Shown here: piece after piece, positions 50,850 through 64,000 of the stretch
Numbering within the stretch: the first letter of the stretch is position 1
How the letters are laid out: each line of letters starts with the position of its first letter
Assembly: GCA_964016885.1 (NCBI GenBank)
Contig: OZ024743.1
Coordinates: 182,528,001-182,592,000, forward strand
Reading direction: 5' to 3'
Length of the DNA stretch: 64,000 bases
Origin: Eledone cirrhosa
Taxonomy: Eukaryota
Notes under the pieces: model-generated
Databases searched by the model: none
The model's input: the letters and a program-made list of their open reading frames with translations, nothing else
What the model was told of the DNA's origin: nothing
Program-made: the position numbers and the translations under genes

Positions 50850-52222
50850 CTGAAATTATATCAAATATAACAATAAATGACACACAGAAAAATAAATATT
50901 TTAGAATTAAAATTATACATCAGACTTTGAACATTCATAAAATTAAAATAAATATATGAAAGATCTAAACCAAACTAAACTCTTTTACACTCAGCCTGTC
51001 CAAAACCAGTCTGGTTTTATGAAACAAAAATCATCCATTTTAAAGGGTTTAAATAAAAAATATTCCAGCAAAATTTTATATAAGAACCATATTTTAAGTT
51101 ACTATCTTAATAATAAAATAATTGAAATAAAGAGTATTTCATTAGAAATATGGTTATAAAAAGGTTAATACCAGTGTCAATCTTAAGAATCATCACTAAG
51201 AGTCATCACTAAGCTGAACAAAATGGTGTGGTTACAGTAGTGATTGTTCTTTGTTAAGGTCCAATGATCACAGTTTTTGAAAGCCTTTCAGATGGATTAC
51301 ACCTGTAATTCAAAAGGCAACCTTGGCATATTGGTTCATGCTGAATCTTCCTGAGAATTATGTTATGGGTACACATGTCTATGCCACTCAGCCACTTACA
51401 TATTAATTATCCAGTTGGATTTGAACATAGAATCTATTTCAAATGCAAAACTAAATAAATGTAAGGTATTTAGTGAAACACTATTTCTGCTGAATAACTT
51501 TTAAAAAAATAGCTAACAATGGAAGAAGGCCAGAAATACATAAATATAATCTAGTGAATAAACATCAATAAGTTGCATCCATGGAGTAGGGGGGTTCTTT
51601 AGTTATGTCAATGACAGACAAACTCTCTAGTACACAAAGTGTTGATGACAATGAAATGTCCCAAGTACACTGCTGTAAAGTGGTTGGTAATAGGAAGTTG
51701 TAGAAAACTTGCCAAATGAAAAAAGTTCAAAGGACTTTGTAGTTGCGTCAAAGGCATGACAATCTCCCTAGTCATGATGCCACGATATTATAATGCAAGG
51801 TGCCATCCTGCAGAGTGCAATGACCCGACCAAACCTTGCTAGCAGGGAAAATGGACATTAAATGAATGAAAAAAAAAAAAAAAAAAAAAAGACCTGAAAT
51901 CAATGACTTCTATATGGTTATCATACAGCAATTCAAGAACTGATTGATTTGAAGTTATACATAACAATGTGAATTAAAACATTATCCACTGTTGTTAATA
52001 ATACCAGAGTTTGTCAACATCCATGGTAAGGAATGGATCTCTTGAGATGCTACAATCTTTGAAATAGTAGTAGATGAACATAAACACACACATTTATACT
52101 GATTGCTTTTGCTCCTGTTATAATTATTTTGTTTTTCTGTAATATTCTTGTATAAGTGAGCTCTGAAAGTTTTTATTTTTTATATTTCTTCCATTGAGCT
52201 TTTACAGAACAATGAATATATG

Positions 52223-53360
52223 TCATCATCATCATCATCGTTTAACGTCCGTGTTCCACGCTTGCATGGGTTTGGACGGGGGTTTTCCCACTTGAGGCAA
52301 GAGTGGTTGTCTTGCTCGCATAGGACTGTCTGGCGGGTTTTCTACAGTTGGATGCCCTTCCTAACACCAACCACATTTACAGTGTGGAGCTGGGAGGTTT
52401 TTACCGTGTTGCCTACACGGCCACATTACAGCGTGGACTGGGTGTTTTTTGTCGTGACACCTACACGATCTCATTTGTTTCGGCCTGGATGTTGTGGCAC
52501 CAACATAACTTTGCATTGAAGGGGGCGGTGTGGGTGGGGTGGGGTGGTGGGACGGGGGTGTATTTTGTTAGAGATGCCTACTGACTGTAGTAGGTTTTAC
52601 TTTGTATTTAGGTAAGGCGGGTCTTCTCTGTTACTGAGTACCGCCAAAGGTCTCGGTCCAGTGACATTGTCTTGGAGAGGTGTAAGTGTGTGAGGTCGGA
52701 ATTTATCAGCTCGTCCCAGGTTTTCCTGGGTCTGCCTACTCCGTGGCTACCATCTATCTTTATTGCCCTGCACTTTGTTATACAGCTGTCGTCTTTCATG
52801 CACATCACGTGACCATACCAACGTAGCCTTCTCTCGAGTAAACAACATCTGATCCCTCTTATTTCTAATTTTTTCCTTAGTTCGTTTATGCTTTGCCGTT
52901 CACGTGTATTACTATTACACATCCAGCGGAGCATGCAAGCTTCGTTCCTCTCTAGTCTGCGTATATCCTCTGCACACAATGCCATTGGGACATAAAATGG
53001 AGTTTCTACCTACGCCTTTCCTACACACTGAGCATGGCCATTTCCCGGAGGGGACCGGCGCCTTATTTTCTTTCCTACAAACTAGAACTTTAGTCTTAGC
53101 CAGGTTAATTTTAAGGTCTTTTGATTCTAGACCGTGCTTCCATGTTTGGAATTTCTTCTCTAGCTCGGCCATTGATTCAGCTATGAGCGTTAGATCATCT
53201 GCGTATAGGAGTTCCCATGGGCAGCCGGTCTTGAGCTCCTCTGTTATAGCCTGAAGAGCAATAATAAATAGTAGGGGGCTAAGAACAGAGCCCTGATGGA
53301 CACCAACTTTTATGCTAAACTCTTCACTATATTCGTTGTTAATTCTAACCTTGCTGACTG
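52223..53360 (-). mobile_element. Second RTE LINE subfamily ('RTE-B'): 5'-truncated, internal deletion near 52987, ~385-nt 3' UTR and (GAT)n tail
   Basis: ORF pieces GVHQGSVLSPLLF, YADD, KWPCSVC and RRLERNEA...GRPRKTW...EKTRLT*, homologous to RTE-A; possible ATATGT TSD (52218-52223 / 53361-53366). Confidence 0.9.
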
Positions 53361-53405
<45 letters not shown>

Positions 53406-53484
53406 AAGGGTAAAGACCCCCTTTGGCCTGATCATGGATTTTACACCTAGAAAGGTCCATTCTGAGGCACAAGCCCGAGCATAG

Positions 53485-53752
53485 TGTCTTAGTGAATTGG
53501 TCACAGGGTTATTTACTTTGGTAAACGCCACTGCCGGCGAACCACTAATTTAATTCGATACAGATATAATAAGGTTAACAAACTCGCTCGTGAGTGAACT
53601 GTTCGAGAGCCGGTCGCCAAATAAGCCAAGATGTCTCTTTTCTCCCTCCTTTATAATCCCTAGACCGGAAGTTCAAGGAATCTTCTAGAATTCAACGGGA
53701 AGTAACTCCAATTAGTTTTTTCTCCCCAGGCAAGGTGGCGCTAGTCGCTACA
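53485..53752 (-). mobile_element. Probable solo LTR inserted into a SINE
   Basis: Minus strand reads TGTAGCGAC...CTAAGACA, with internal TATAAAGGAGGG; CpG-rich; splits a SINE that is intact at 25737-26043; TSD unclear. Confidence 0.55.
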
Positions 53753-56269
53753 GTGTTTTTTTTTTTTTTTTTTTTTTTTGAAGACCAGCAGTCACCCCTG
53801 CATACCAGTCTTCCCTCTCCATGCTGCCAACGTTGTCCAAGGCAAAGGCAAAGTCAATACAGCTTGGCACCAGATACATCACAACTCATTTCTGCAGCTG
53901 GCTGAAATGGAGCAACATGAAATAAAGTGCCCCACAGTGGAATTGAACCCAGAATCAAATGGTTGCGAAGCAAACTCTGTAACTACTCAGCTATGCTCAC
54001 CTATAAATATTTATATTTTAGCCTATCTAGCTTCAAAACATGACAACTCATCTCACCCACAAAAAACCTGAAAAATAGATGTTAACCCTTTAGTTACTTA
54101 CCCAACCAAAACTCGCTCTGGTTCTATGAAACAAAACTACCCATTTTAAAGGTTTCTAATTCAAATTAAATTCTTTACCCATTTATTCATGAGAGGGTCA
54201 TGGGGACAGCGTCCTCAAACAGTTCAACATAATTTTAACCTTACATTAAGTTACTATCTTAGTAATGAAATAATTTTAGTAAATCCCTCAAAATTCTTTG
54301 CATTTCTAGTGAAATATACTCTATTTTAATTAACAGTCATGAAAGGGTTAACCCTTTAGTTACCAATCTGGCCAAAACCAGCTCTGTTTTGAACAGATAG
54401 CCAAATAGTCATTTGAATTAACAAACCTGTTTTTACATGTTTTCTACTAAATCATTGAATGACAAGAAATTATTCCAAAGTTTTATCTATAAGCTAGAAT
54501 TGCTAAATCAATCACATGAAATCAATTGTGATCATCACCAAATAAAATCATTTTACCTCATCCCAAAAAGTGAAGTATTATATAACCACAAAGTTTCAGA
54601 TTTATAAGGGAAATCTACAAAGTCTAAAGACTGTCTCAAGCTCAGAGGTTCATCAGGCTGGTGCTGAACCCAATTTCAGTGGTGTGAAGTGACAGAGCAC
54701 AAGACTCCCCTCAGGGCAAGACACCAGTCCACCGCAGAGTAAAGCTGCCAGCTATTGCCGGTACTCATTTTCAGCTGAGTATACTGGAGCAACATGAAAA
54801 GAAATGTTTTGTTCAAGAACACAATACACAACCCAGTCAAGGAATCAAATCGACAGCATTATGATTATAAGTTCAACATCATTACCACCAAGGGAAGTGG
54901 AAATAGGAGTGTTGCAATGTTCAGATTTCCCAAGAGAATGAGCAAAAGTGTGATGAAATAGCTTCAAATATGAAGGAAAAATAGCTTGTAGATTCAGGTA
55001 TTATTAGCTTACCCATAATAATAATAATTGTTTCCACTTTTGGCACAAGGCCAGCAATTACCCAGTGCATTACTGGTACTTTATTTTATCGATCCCGTAA
55101 GGATGAAAGGCAAAGTTAACCTCGGCGGGATTTGAACTCAGAATGGAAAGGGTCGTAACTCTTTGCGTCAAAGCATGGCATCCGACCCTCTACCGATACT
55201 GCCAATAAAACCAAGAGTAATTCCAATCAAGATTACATCTGCCACTAAAATGTAATTCTACATTTGAAACAAACAATATGTTAACCATAAACTATTTCCA
55301 ACATTCTGTGAAAGTGTCACTAAATGTTTTGAAAACATCCATCATCACCAACATCACATCATTATTATCACCATTATCATCACCACCATCACATCCTCAC
55401 TATTTTATATCTAGTTTGCTTGTTTGTTAGTATGAGGTAGATGGGCTGGTTGTCACGTTCTGAGGCTAGACAGGTCAGATGACTGTGCCTCACTCATATG
55501 TACCATTCTTCCATAGTTTCAATGGCTGGATAGCCTTCCTAATGCCGACTAGTTTCCAACATGTATGGAGTGCTATTTATAGTGGCACCAGCAGTACCAC
55601 TCTTCAACACTAGGGTGCTTGTTGTGTCATCCACAGCCAGAATGGAAAGGCAATAATAGGATTGGAGAGATCTTATAAAAACAAAATCAAAAACAGCAAC
55701 GCACCAATGCAATTGATTTTTGTACATAAGAACAGGCACATATATATTTTTTCCACCCTCCGCTCTTATAAAGAATGTTTAAAATGTTTTATGTTGAATG
55801 AGACATGGATACTGAATACCAGATATCTACTATTGAGAAAGTAATGTTAACCTGCACAAGTAAGCTGAAAAAGTGGCCAATATTAAAGATACAAGATATT
55901 CTAGCGAAACAGAGTGGTAGTGTTGGTGCCACAATAAAATACACTAAGCCTACACTATAAAGTAGTGGTACCTGTGCCATTATAAAAAACACTGGTTGTC
56001 ATTAGGAAGGGCATCCTGCTGTAGAAACCATGCCAGAATGGAATGTATGAGAGAGATGCAATCATCTGAGCTGTCTAGCCTCAGTACATGATAACCTGTC
56101 TAACCGATGCAAGTGTGACTGATGTAAAAATGATGATCAAGACAATGATTGTACTCATACATAAATCCTTTCATGATTCATAAGTAACAGGGCAGTCAAT
56201 GCATTTTTATTGTAAGGTTCACAGATAACATTTTGAACATCTGCTTATTTGTGTGTAATCAGCTATGTT

Positions 56270-56855
56270 TTGTGGTCCTATGAGTATTCTCCTCCATCTC
56301 CTGATCTTATACCTCTTGACCTTTTTCTTTAGAGTGTACTGAAGAATTCAGTCTATGCTAAAAAACCAAGAAGTGATCAACAAGGATAGTGAGTTCTTGT
56401 GCAGAAATCAATGTCGACGTGTATGTTATCCTGTTTTTTTTTATAGAACTTCAAAATGTATTGAGGAACAGAGTTAGATTGTTAACACTTACTTTAACCC
56501 TTTCATGACCATGTTTCTAATGAAGTACACTATTTCAATTAATCAATGAAGAATTTTGAGGGATTTACTCAAATTACTAATTATTTCATTCCAAAGATAG
56601 TAAATTAAAGTAAGGTTTTTATATAAAATTATGTTGGAAGGTTTTAATCTAAATTGGAAATTTTTAAAATGGGTGATTTTATTTCATAGAACTAGAGCTG
56701 GTTTTGGCCAGGTTGGTAACTAAAGGGTTAATTATATTTTTTTATATTACTTTTCTTTGATGTATTTATAATTTTGTAATGTATGACCAAAACTTTAGTA
56801 AATATCATTTGGGATATAAATGTTGAACTGCCCGGTTACTTATGACTCTTCTGTA
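56270..56855 (+). mobile_element. Tc1/mariner (DDD-type) transposase C-terminal relic plus right end, interrupted by a MITE
   Basis: Translates SPPSPDLIPLDLFL*SVLKNSVYAKKPRS (WPPRSPDLxPLDFFLWG motif); terminal acttatgactcttctgTA. Confidence 0.6.
56495..56731. mobile_element. TTAA/CCCTTT MITE family 2 (other copies ~1772-2058, 11485-11695, 13280-13735, 13976-14166, 42842-43118, 50970-51167, 54082-54351)
   Basis: TTAACCCTTT...GGTAACTAAAGGGTTAA termini and shared internal sequence across copies. Confidence 0.75.
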
Positions 56856-57496
56856 CTTAAACACTAAAGAATAATTGTAACCCATAAATATCAGTATACA
56901 TTTCACATATCTAAAACTGAATTTATTAGAAAAATATATACAATGGCAGTGCCTCAGCCTGTCAGAGGGACACAGAGTAATATATAATTATATGTTATAT
57001 TACAAAGTTACATTTATGTTTTCTTTAGGCACAGAGGCAATATTATGTGTGAATGATTTACAAGAGATGTAGTTATCTTAAGTGCACTCGGAATACTGAT
57101 GCTCTGATTATTACATAAAACATACTAAAATATAAACTAAATAACAAGAATATAATTTAACATTGAGCTAAACTAACTTTTAGAATATTCCATATATAAG
57201 CGAAAAAATATGTGACCAAAAACAATATAAGCTTATAAACAAGGTTTGGATTTTTACCCATTTCTCGGACAATAAATAGGAGTCAACATATTGAAGTATA
57301 TATGGTAGTGAATGAGGAAACCTCTACATGGTCATGTGAGCTGCTTGAAAATAACAGCCAAATCACACCCTAAAGGTTTTAGAAATAAAACAAGAAAGAA
57401 GTCAATGTAGCCGAAGGTAGTTGTGAACTAGACATCAATAATGAGTGATGAGAAGAAAGAGAATGGTGACTAACAGTAGAGAGAATCAAATATAGA

Positions 57497-57809
57497 CATC
57501 ATCATTTCATTTTACGTCCGCTTTTCCCTGCTTGCAAGGGTGGGACGGGAACTGATTCTGGCTTAATTTCTACAGCTGGATGCCCTTCCTAACACCAACC
57601 TCATTTACAGTGAGTGCTGGGTGCTTTTTTGCTGTGGCACCTCCACGACCACTTTGCAGTGGAATGATAGGGACCCCAGCTGAGTAAACTGGAGCAATGT
57701 GAAATAAAGTGTCTTGCTCAAGGAAACAACACATCACCTGGTCTGAGAATTGAACTCACAACCTTTCGATTGCAAGGCCAATGCTCTAACCACTAAGCCA
57801 TGTGCCTCC
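57497..57809 (-). mobile_element. SINE family A copy (short internal deletion)
   Basis: Same head, core and tail. Confidence 0.88.
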
Positions 57810-59313
57810 ACATATCAAATACTATCTTTAATTACACGGATGATGGGGAGAGAGAGAGAGAGAGTGATAAGGGTGGCAGTAGGAAGTAATAAATATGGGG
57901 TAAACGTGGGCTCCATAAGCTGTAATGTAGGCAACTCATCTAGGAAAGTAGACTTTAAATAAAAACTAACACAGGGTGGAGAGGACTCGAGTCCAGTAGA
58001 ACAACTTCTCTAGTGCTGGTGGCACAAATAATACACCCAGTCCATATTGTAAAATGGTTGGTGACAAGAAGGGCATCCAGCCAGAAAAAAACCTGCCAAA
58101 ATATGACAAGATCCAAATTGAAAACAGGAAGAGGAAGTAGATGATAACTTAATAGGACCCTAATGTAAATATATATCCAGTTTCCAACTATGTCAACATT
58201 TTAACATCTGTTTTACTGTGCTTTCACAGCCAGACAGTTGTTCCTTAGTACCATGTGTTGTTAATTCTCGTAGTCCATTGCCATCTTCAGAGAGCTCAGT
58301 ATCTTAACATCAGTCTTCCCCCCACTTCATCCCATGTCTACCTAGTGCTCCCTTTTCCACTTCAAGCGGTTGGTACTTTATACATCTATCATCCTACATA
58401 CATACCAGCACTGTCTTTTCTCTTGCACACTGTATCCGATTCCTCTTTTTTTCTTTTAAATAATTAAGTTTTATAAGTAAAATCAAAACTTCAAATAGTG
58501 ACTCTTGTGAAAAGAATAGGCTCTCAGTCAGTACACCATAATTAAAATTCTCTCCATCTTTTCTCTCAAACTCATGTATTCAGTCACTCTCTCACACTAT
58601 CATTATAAATCTACTGAAGCTAGCACATAATTGCTCTGAAGTCTTCACAAATTCTCTACACTGAAAAGCCACATCTTACAACTATAGAGCATCACACTTC
58701 ATACACAAGCATCAAACAATGTTTTTCACTGAGAGATGGGTAGCCAGCTGTAGAAACCATGCCTAAAATTGGTCAAACAAGCACAAACTGGTGGTCCGAT
58801 CCACTTAACTAAATAAGAACTGAACCTTTTCAACTCATGGCAGCATGGAGAGTAAATGGAAAATTATATATATGCACACACGTGTATGCTCTTTTACTTG
58901 TTCCAGCCATCTGAAAGAGGCCATGCTGGGGCATCACCATTATATATATATACAAATAATATACATGTGTGTGTGTGTGTAATAATATACACATACAAAC
59001 TATCACAGAAATGTAAAATTAATACATAGATGGTTGTGTCTACACAGTGTGTATATAAGCCTGTCTGATTGTGCAATGTATGCATATATATAAATATATA
59101 TTATAAACATATACACACACATGTATGTATTGTGCAATATATGTATATATAAATATATATTATAAACGTATATACACACACACATTTACGTATGCCCTAC
59201 ATTCATTCATGTGGTTTAAGGAAATTTTAAGAAGAATTAAAGATGATTTAAAAGAAAGTTAGTCACTTGCTATATTGAAATATAACAAAAAGAAGTACAA
59301 CACATATACTTAC

Positions 59314-59470
59314 ACAAAGAAATATATTCCCCAGGCCATGCCAGCACCTAAACAGTTAGCTGAAACACCTTGATAAAGTCCAGTGAAACCTTGGGAACAC
59401 ACAATTGACCGTACAGCATGTACAAAGGAGTTGTAGTTTGGACGGGCAGTTACCCCAGTGCCTTCATTAA
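59314..59470 (-). CDS. SLC25A32: Mitochondrial folate/FAD carrier-like, coding exon (equivalent to human exon 2): (V)NEGTGVTARPNYNSFVHAVRSIVCSQGFTGLYQGVSANCLGAGMAWGIYFF(V)
   Basis: Manual translation; ttttcag acceptor, GTAAGT donor; aligns with human RPKYNG...[23 protein letters not shown]; 157 nt, phase 1 in, phase 2 out. Confidence 0.93.
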
Positions 59471-60584
59471 CTGAAAATAGGAAAAAAGAATATATTAGTA
59501 AATATCAATGAAATGGAATGATATAGTATTTACAGCAAATAATTTCAGGTGAGATGTCTTCATCAGCAAGAAAGAAGTCTATCAACAAACCCACCAACGT
59601 GTGTCTAAAATCATGTCAAGAAACCCACCAACAAACTGCCATCCTTGAGTCAAAATCACATTTCAGTGTTTCATTTACAGAGGTTTTATTTCAAATGTAA
59701 TTATGTTAACATATATTTCATAAGCCACAGTTTTATGATAGCGTGATTGGAGAATTTAAAATAAACATTAAGTTTTTAAATAACCATGGGTCCTCATTTG
59801 CTCATTTGCAATAGTGAGAGACAGAGGCAGTGACTATTTTGTAATTATCAATGGTCTTTGACCCTTTGTTTGACAAGTTTTCCTTGGTTGGATGCCTTTT
59901 CTATCACTAACCACTTTACAGAGTGTACTGGATGTGTTTTATATCCAAACAAATACCAGGGAGATTGCAGTGCCTTTGACAACTGAAGAGTCCTCATCCA
60001 TTTTTGGAATGGTTTCTAGAGCTGGATACCTTTCTTATCACCAACCACTTTACAGAGTGTACTGGGTATATTTTCATGGCTCTAGCACTAAAGAGGCTGT
60101 TGTACCCTGACTGAAGAATCCTTTCTACTCTATAGGGGGCAGGATATGATGTGGGAAGTAGGAAGGAAGGATGATAAATATACCAAAAGGCATAACAGAT
60201 GTGAGGGGGGAGGGTTAAGTTGAGGGAATGAGATTTTTTAAGATGGCTGAAGAAATTGCTGTGAGTAACAGAAATTACTTTACGAAAGAAATGAAACTCA
60301 TTTGGAAGATTCAGTTTGCTGGAATAACAATTGTTTTATGTTGGCAGATTAGAAAAATCAGGGAAAAAAATAGATGGAATATAATAAAATTCTTTTCAAA
60401 AGATAGGAAAATTAATTATCTCTTAACATCCTGCAATGGTTTAGCAGAAAATATTGAAAAATGAGTTTGTTAATTTAAATATTTATAGTATCTTTACTAC
60501 TGGACAAATTGTGAAAATTTGTAGTATTATCTCTTAAGATCTTGTAATGACTTAGCAGAAAATAACTAAAAACCAGATTTGTTT

Positions 60585-60944
60585 TCATCATCATCATCAT
60601 CATTTTACGTCCGCTTTTCCCTGCTTGCAAGGGTGGGACGGGAACTGATTCTGGCTGGATTTCTACAGCTGGATGCCCTTCCTAACACCAACCTCATTTA
60701 CAGTGAGTGCTGGGTGCTTTTTTGCTGTGGCACCCCCACAACCACTTCGCAGTGGAATGATATGAACCCCAGTCCCCATCATCTCATTTTTACAGCTGAG
60801 TAAACTGGAGCAATGTGAAATAAAGTGTCTTGCTCAAGGAAACATCACATCCCCCAGTCTGAGAATTGAACTCACAACCTTTCGATTGCAAGGCCAATGC
60901 TCTAACCACTAAGCCATGGAGGCACATGGCTTAGTGGTTAGAGT
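60585..60944 (-). mobile_element. SINE family A copy with an inverted-duplicated 5' head
   Basis: Body as other copies; fold-back at 60900-60943; ATTTGTT TSD. Confidence 0.88.
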
Positions 60945-62460
60945 ATTTGTTAATTAAAATGTTTTTAGTATCTTTACTAATGGACAGATTGTTATGAAGA
61001 TTTACAATAAAATAGACTTCAATGTTGTGTGCGATGCAGTCAGTGATGTTATATATATATAATTCAAGATGGTCTTGCGAATGCAGTTTCATGCAGCCAT
61101 CATCATCATCACCGTTTAATGTCTATTTTTTCATGCTTGCATGAGTTAGATAGATTGTCCGCATTATGAGACAAGTCTGGTTAGTACGCTGTAATTTAAA
61201 TAGCCAAAACTAAAAACAATTTCTTTTATCTGGTAAAATATAAAATAAAAACAGTTACAGTAGCAACAATTTTTTAATATCAATATTGAAGTATGTGATG
61301 TGATGTTTTTGGACTTTAGTAGTGGTCATTCAACTCTCAATGGCAAGGTAATGTGCTGAGTGGTGAGGTCATTCACCTCTCAATGGCAAGGTCATTCAAT
61401 TCTCAATGGCAAGGCCATTTATGCTTCACCATTCATTCACACATCCATCAGAGTGTGCACACTTCGTTTCTCTCCAACCTTCACATATCCTCTACATTCA
61501 CTACCCATGTCTTACTACAATACAACATTAAACTTCTCACACATCATACAGCCAACTTTTCCTTCATAGGGAGAAACGTTTTGCTGCCAACAGAGATAGT
61601 AGCTCCTATTCTAGCAACTATACTTTCAGAGCAACTTCCTCCACTACTAGGTGACCTAGGTAACAGAAGCTATCAACTACCTCTAGTGTATTTTACTTAC
61701 ATGTTCATACAAAAATATTTTTAATTAAAGCAATTAGTTAGAAACAAAGAACCAAGAGTTTCAAACTACATCACACCAACTTGTGGCTGTGTTTTGCTGA
61801 AATAGCCCAATAAGTTCTACTTGAGCAAACGTGATATGAAAGTGACCAATATTTCCATAGCCTAATCAGTTCTACTTGATCAGATATGCGATATGAAAGT
61901 GACCAATATTTCAAGGTATCACTATTGAAGTTATATTCTCATAACATTTACAACAATGACATCAACATTAAAGAAAATGTGAAGCTTACATTGAGTAACT
62001 CCATAAAACCTTAATTGCTGGTTCAATATTCTATGGTTAAAGAAATTTATTGCTACCTCAAATTCAAAAAAAAAATTAGCTGTTACATGTGCTATTATTT
62101 AACCTTTAACATTCTGTACCACATGAAATCCTATTAGCAAGACATTCTTGAAAAGTCCAAAGTAATCCTATGACTACATCAAATTAAAAATGAAAGTTTT
62201 TAGTTCACTGCAAAATTTCACAATCTGTCAACCACCAAAGATACTATAAGCATTTGAACTAACAAACCTATGTTTAGATATTTTCTGTGAAATAACTACA
62301 GAATGTTAAGTTAATATCTCTTGTGGGAAGTTCAAAGAAAACCACTATTACACAGTGGCTATTATTAAATGATCTATTACACAAGGAATCAATAGAAAAT
62401 TCACTTAAAGTAGATCAAATATTGATAACATCAATTAAGAATCCATTAGAATCAATATAT

Positions 62461-62780
62461 GAAGGCACATGGCTTAGTGCTTAGAGCATTGGCCTTGCAA
62501 TCAAAAGGTTGTGAGTTCAATTCTCAGACGGGGTGATGTGTTGTTTCCTCGAGCAAGAAACTTTATTTCACATTGCTCCAGTTTACTCAGCTGTAGAAAT
62601 GAGATGATAGGGACTGGGGTCCAGTGGTCGTGGAGGTGCCATGGCAAAAAAAAGCACCCAGCACTCACTGTAAATGAGGTTGGTGTTAGGAAGGACATCC
62701 AGCTGTAGAAATCAAGCCAGAATCAGTTCCTGTCCCACCCTTGCAAGCAGGGAAAAGTGGACGTAAAATGATGATGATGA
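62461..62780 (+). mobile_element. SINE family A copy
   Basis: Same head, core and tail with (TGA)n end. Confidence 0.88.
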
Positions 62781-63025
62781 TATGTTATATCCATAATGTA
62801 AAGTGCCCAATATTTTATATACAAGTTGATGCTTGTTTACATATACTAGTGTAAAAAACTAAACATTTTGGTAACCTTTCAACAAATTTAGTTTATAAAC
62901 AGCTTATGTTAAATGTAAAGATATATTCTAAATTATGAGACTAAACACACACAGGAATTGTAAAGGTGTTACAAACTTAGCAAGATTCTCCCAGAAAGGA
63001 TAATAGAGTTAAAAGCAAGGGTTTG

Positions 63026-63058
<33 letters not shown>

Positions 63059-63279
63059 CCAATGATACCTTCACTAAATCTTTACAAATATTTATCTGAA
63101 ACCAATCATTAGGCAATTAATTTTATAAATCAGTATAGAATTATATTGCAGCTAAGAAACTATTTGCTATTGTCACATGTTTATGGGCAAAATATTTCAC
63201 ATCACTTCACAAACAGCTCTAATAAAACTACCTGTATAATTTGTCACATGCTGTACAAGCATTTACATTTCAAACTCTT

Positions 63280-63462
63280 ACAACATATTGGAATAGATTA
63301 TGGGGTCATATATAGGTATGCAATATATTGGAATAAGATTATGAGATCATATATAAGTATACAACATATTGGAATAAGATTGTGGGGTCATATATAGGTA
63401 TGCAATATATTTGAATACAATTATGGGATCATATATAGGTATACAATATACTGGAATAAGAT
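63280..63462. repeat. Tandem array, ~4-5 x 40 bp
   Basis: caacatattggaataagattatggggtcatatataggtat repeated. Confidence 0.8.
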
Positions 63463-64000
63463 TCATCATAAAAACACTACATATAGGTTTGTTAATTCAA
63501 ATGTTTATAATATCTTTATTAGATCATTGTAAAATTTACAGTAAATTAGAAACTTACATCTTTCAATGTAATTCAGTCAGTGTTTTGTACTTTTCAAGAA
63601 TGTCTTGTTAATGTGATCTCATGTGGTACAGGATGTTAAGAGTTGAAGAGTTAAAAATAGTACAGCATTCAATCACCAGAACAATTTGCTTATGATATTA
63701 ATATATAAGTGGCTGAGCATTATATAATACTTTTGCTAATTACTGCAGTTAGAATTATATAATCATACCTAGCTATATCAACATTAACTATAGGTAGGCT
63801 TCATTCATCTTGTGTTGATCATGAACAGGAGCAGCAATGAGAAGACAAATTTTCAGTCAACTTTTTATTATTTTTTTTTTTTTATTAATCAGTTGACTGT
63901 CAGTTGGCTCTTTTGGTACCATGATAAAAAGTACCCAGTCCACACTGTAAAGTGGTCATGATGTCATAATAAAAAGTACCCTGTCCATGTTGTAAAGTGT

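Noticed and set aside
59471-64000. First coding exon of the carrier (HPLDxxKxR motif)
   Set aside because: Not found by manual scan; presumed to lie beyond the window end

Overview
AT-rich eukaryotic genomic DNA, most likely octopus/coleoid cephalopod (inferred from the SINE, RTE and microsatellite content). One host gene is present. Six minus-strand coding exons (59470 to 14693, all GT-AG and phase-consistent, 818 nt) encode the C-terminal ~272 aa of an SLC25A32/MFT-like mitochondrial folate/FAD carrier; its first coding exon was not found and probably lies beyond base 64000. The protein differs from human SLC25A32 at substrate-contact residues (W142->F, R288->H). The His codon is CAT, which one A-to-I edit would turn back into Arg. 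The rest of the window is transposon-derived. It holds a 5'-truncated RTE LINE with an intact reading frame and an internal PHD-type finger, a second RTE whose long 3' UTR matches an abundant short repeat, and a CR1 fragment. It also holds a deleted piggyBac with derivative MITEs, Tc1/mariner relics, a probable solo LTR and several modular tRNA-SINE families. Other structures include a 2.5-kb satellite built from a 24-bp palindrome, minisatellites grown from TE modules, long hairpins, and two degenerate hammerhead-like motifs in Penelope/retrozyme-like contexts. Most listed ORFs are microsatellite or antisense artefacts. All alignments were done by eye, so TE boundaries are approximate.
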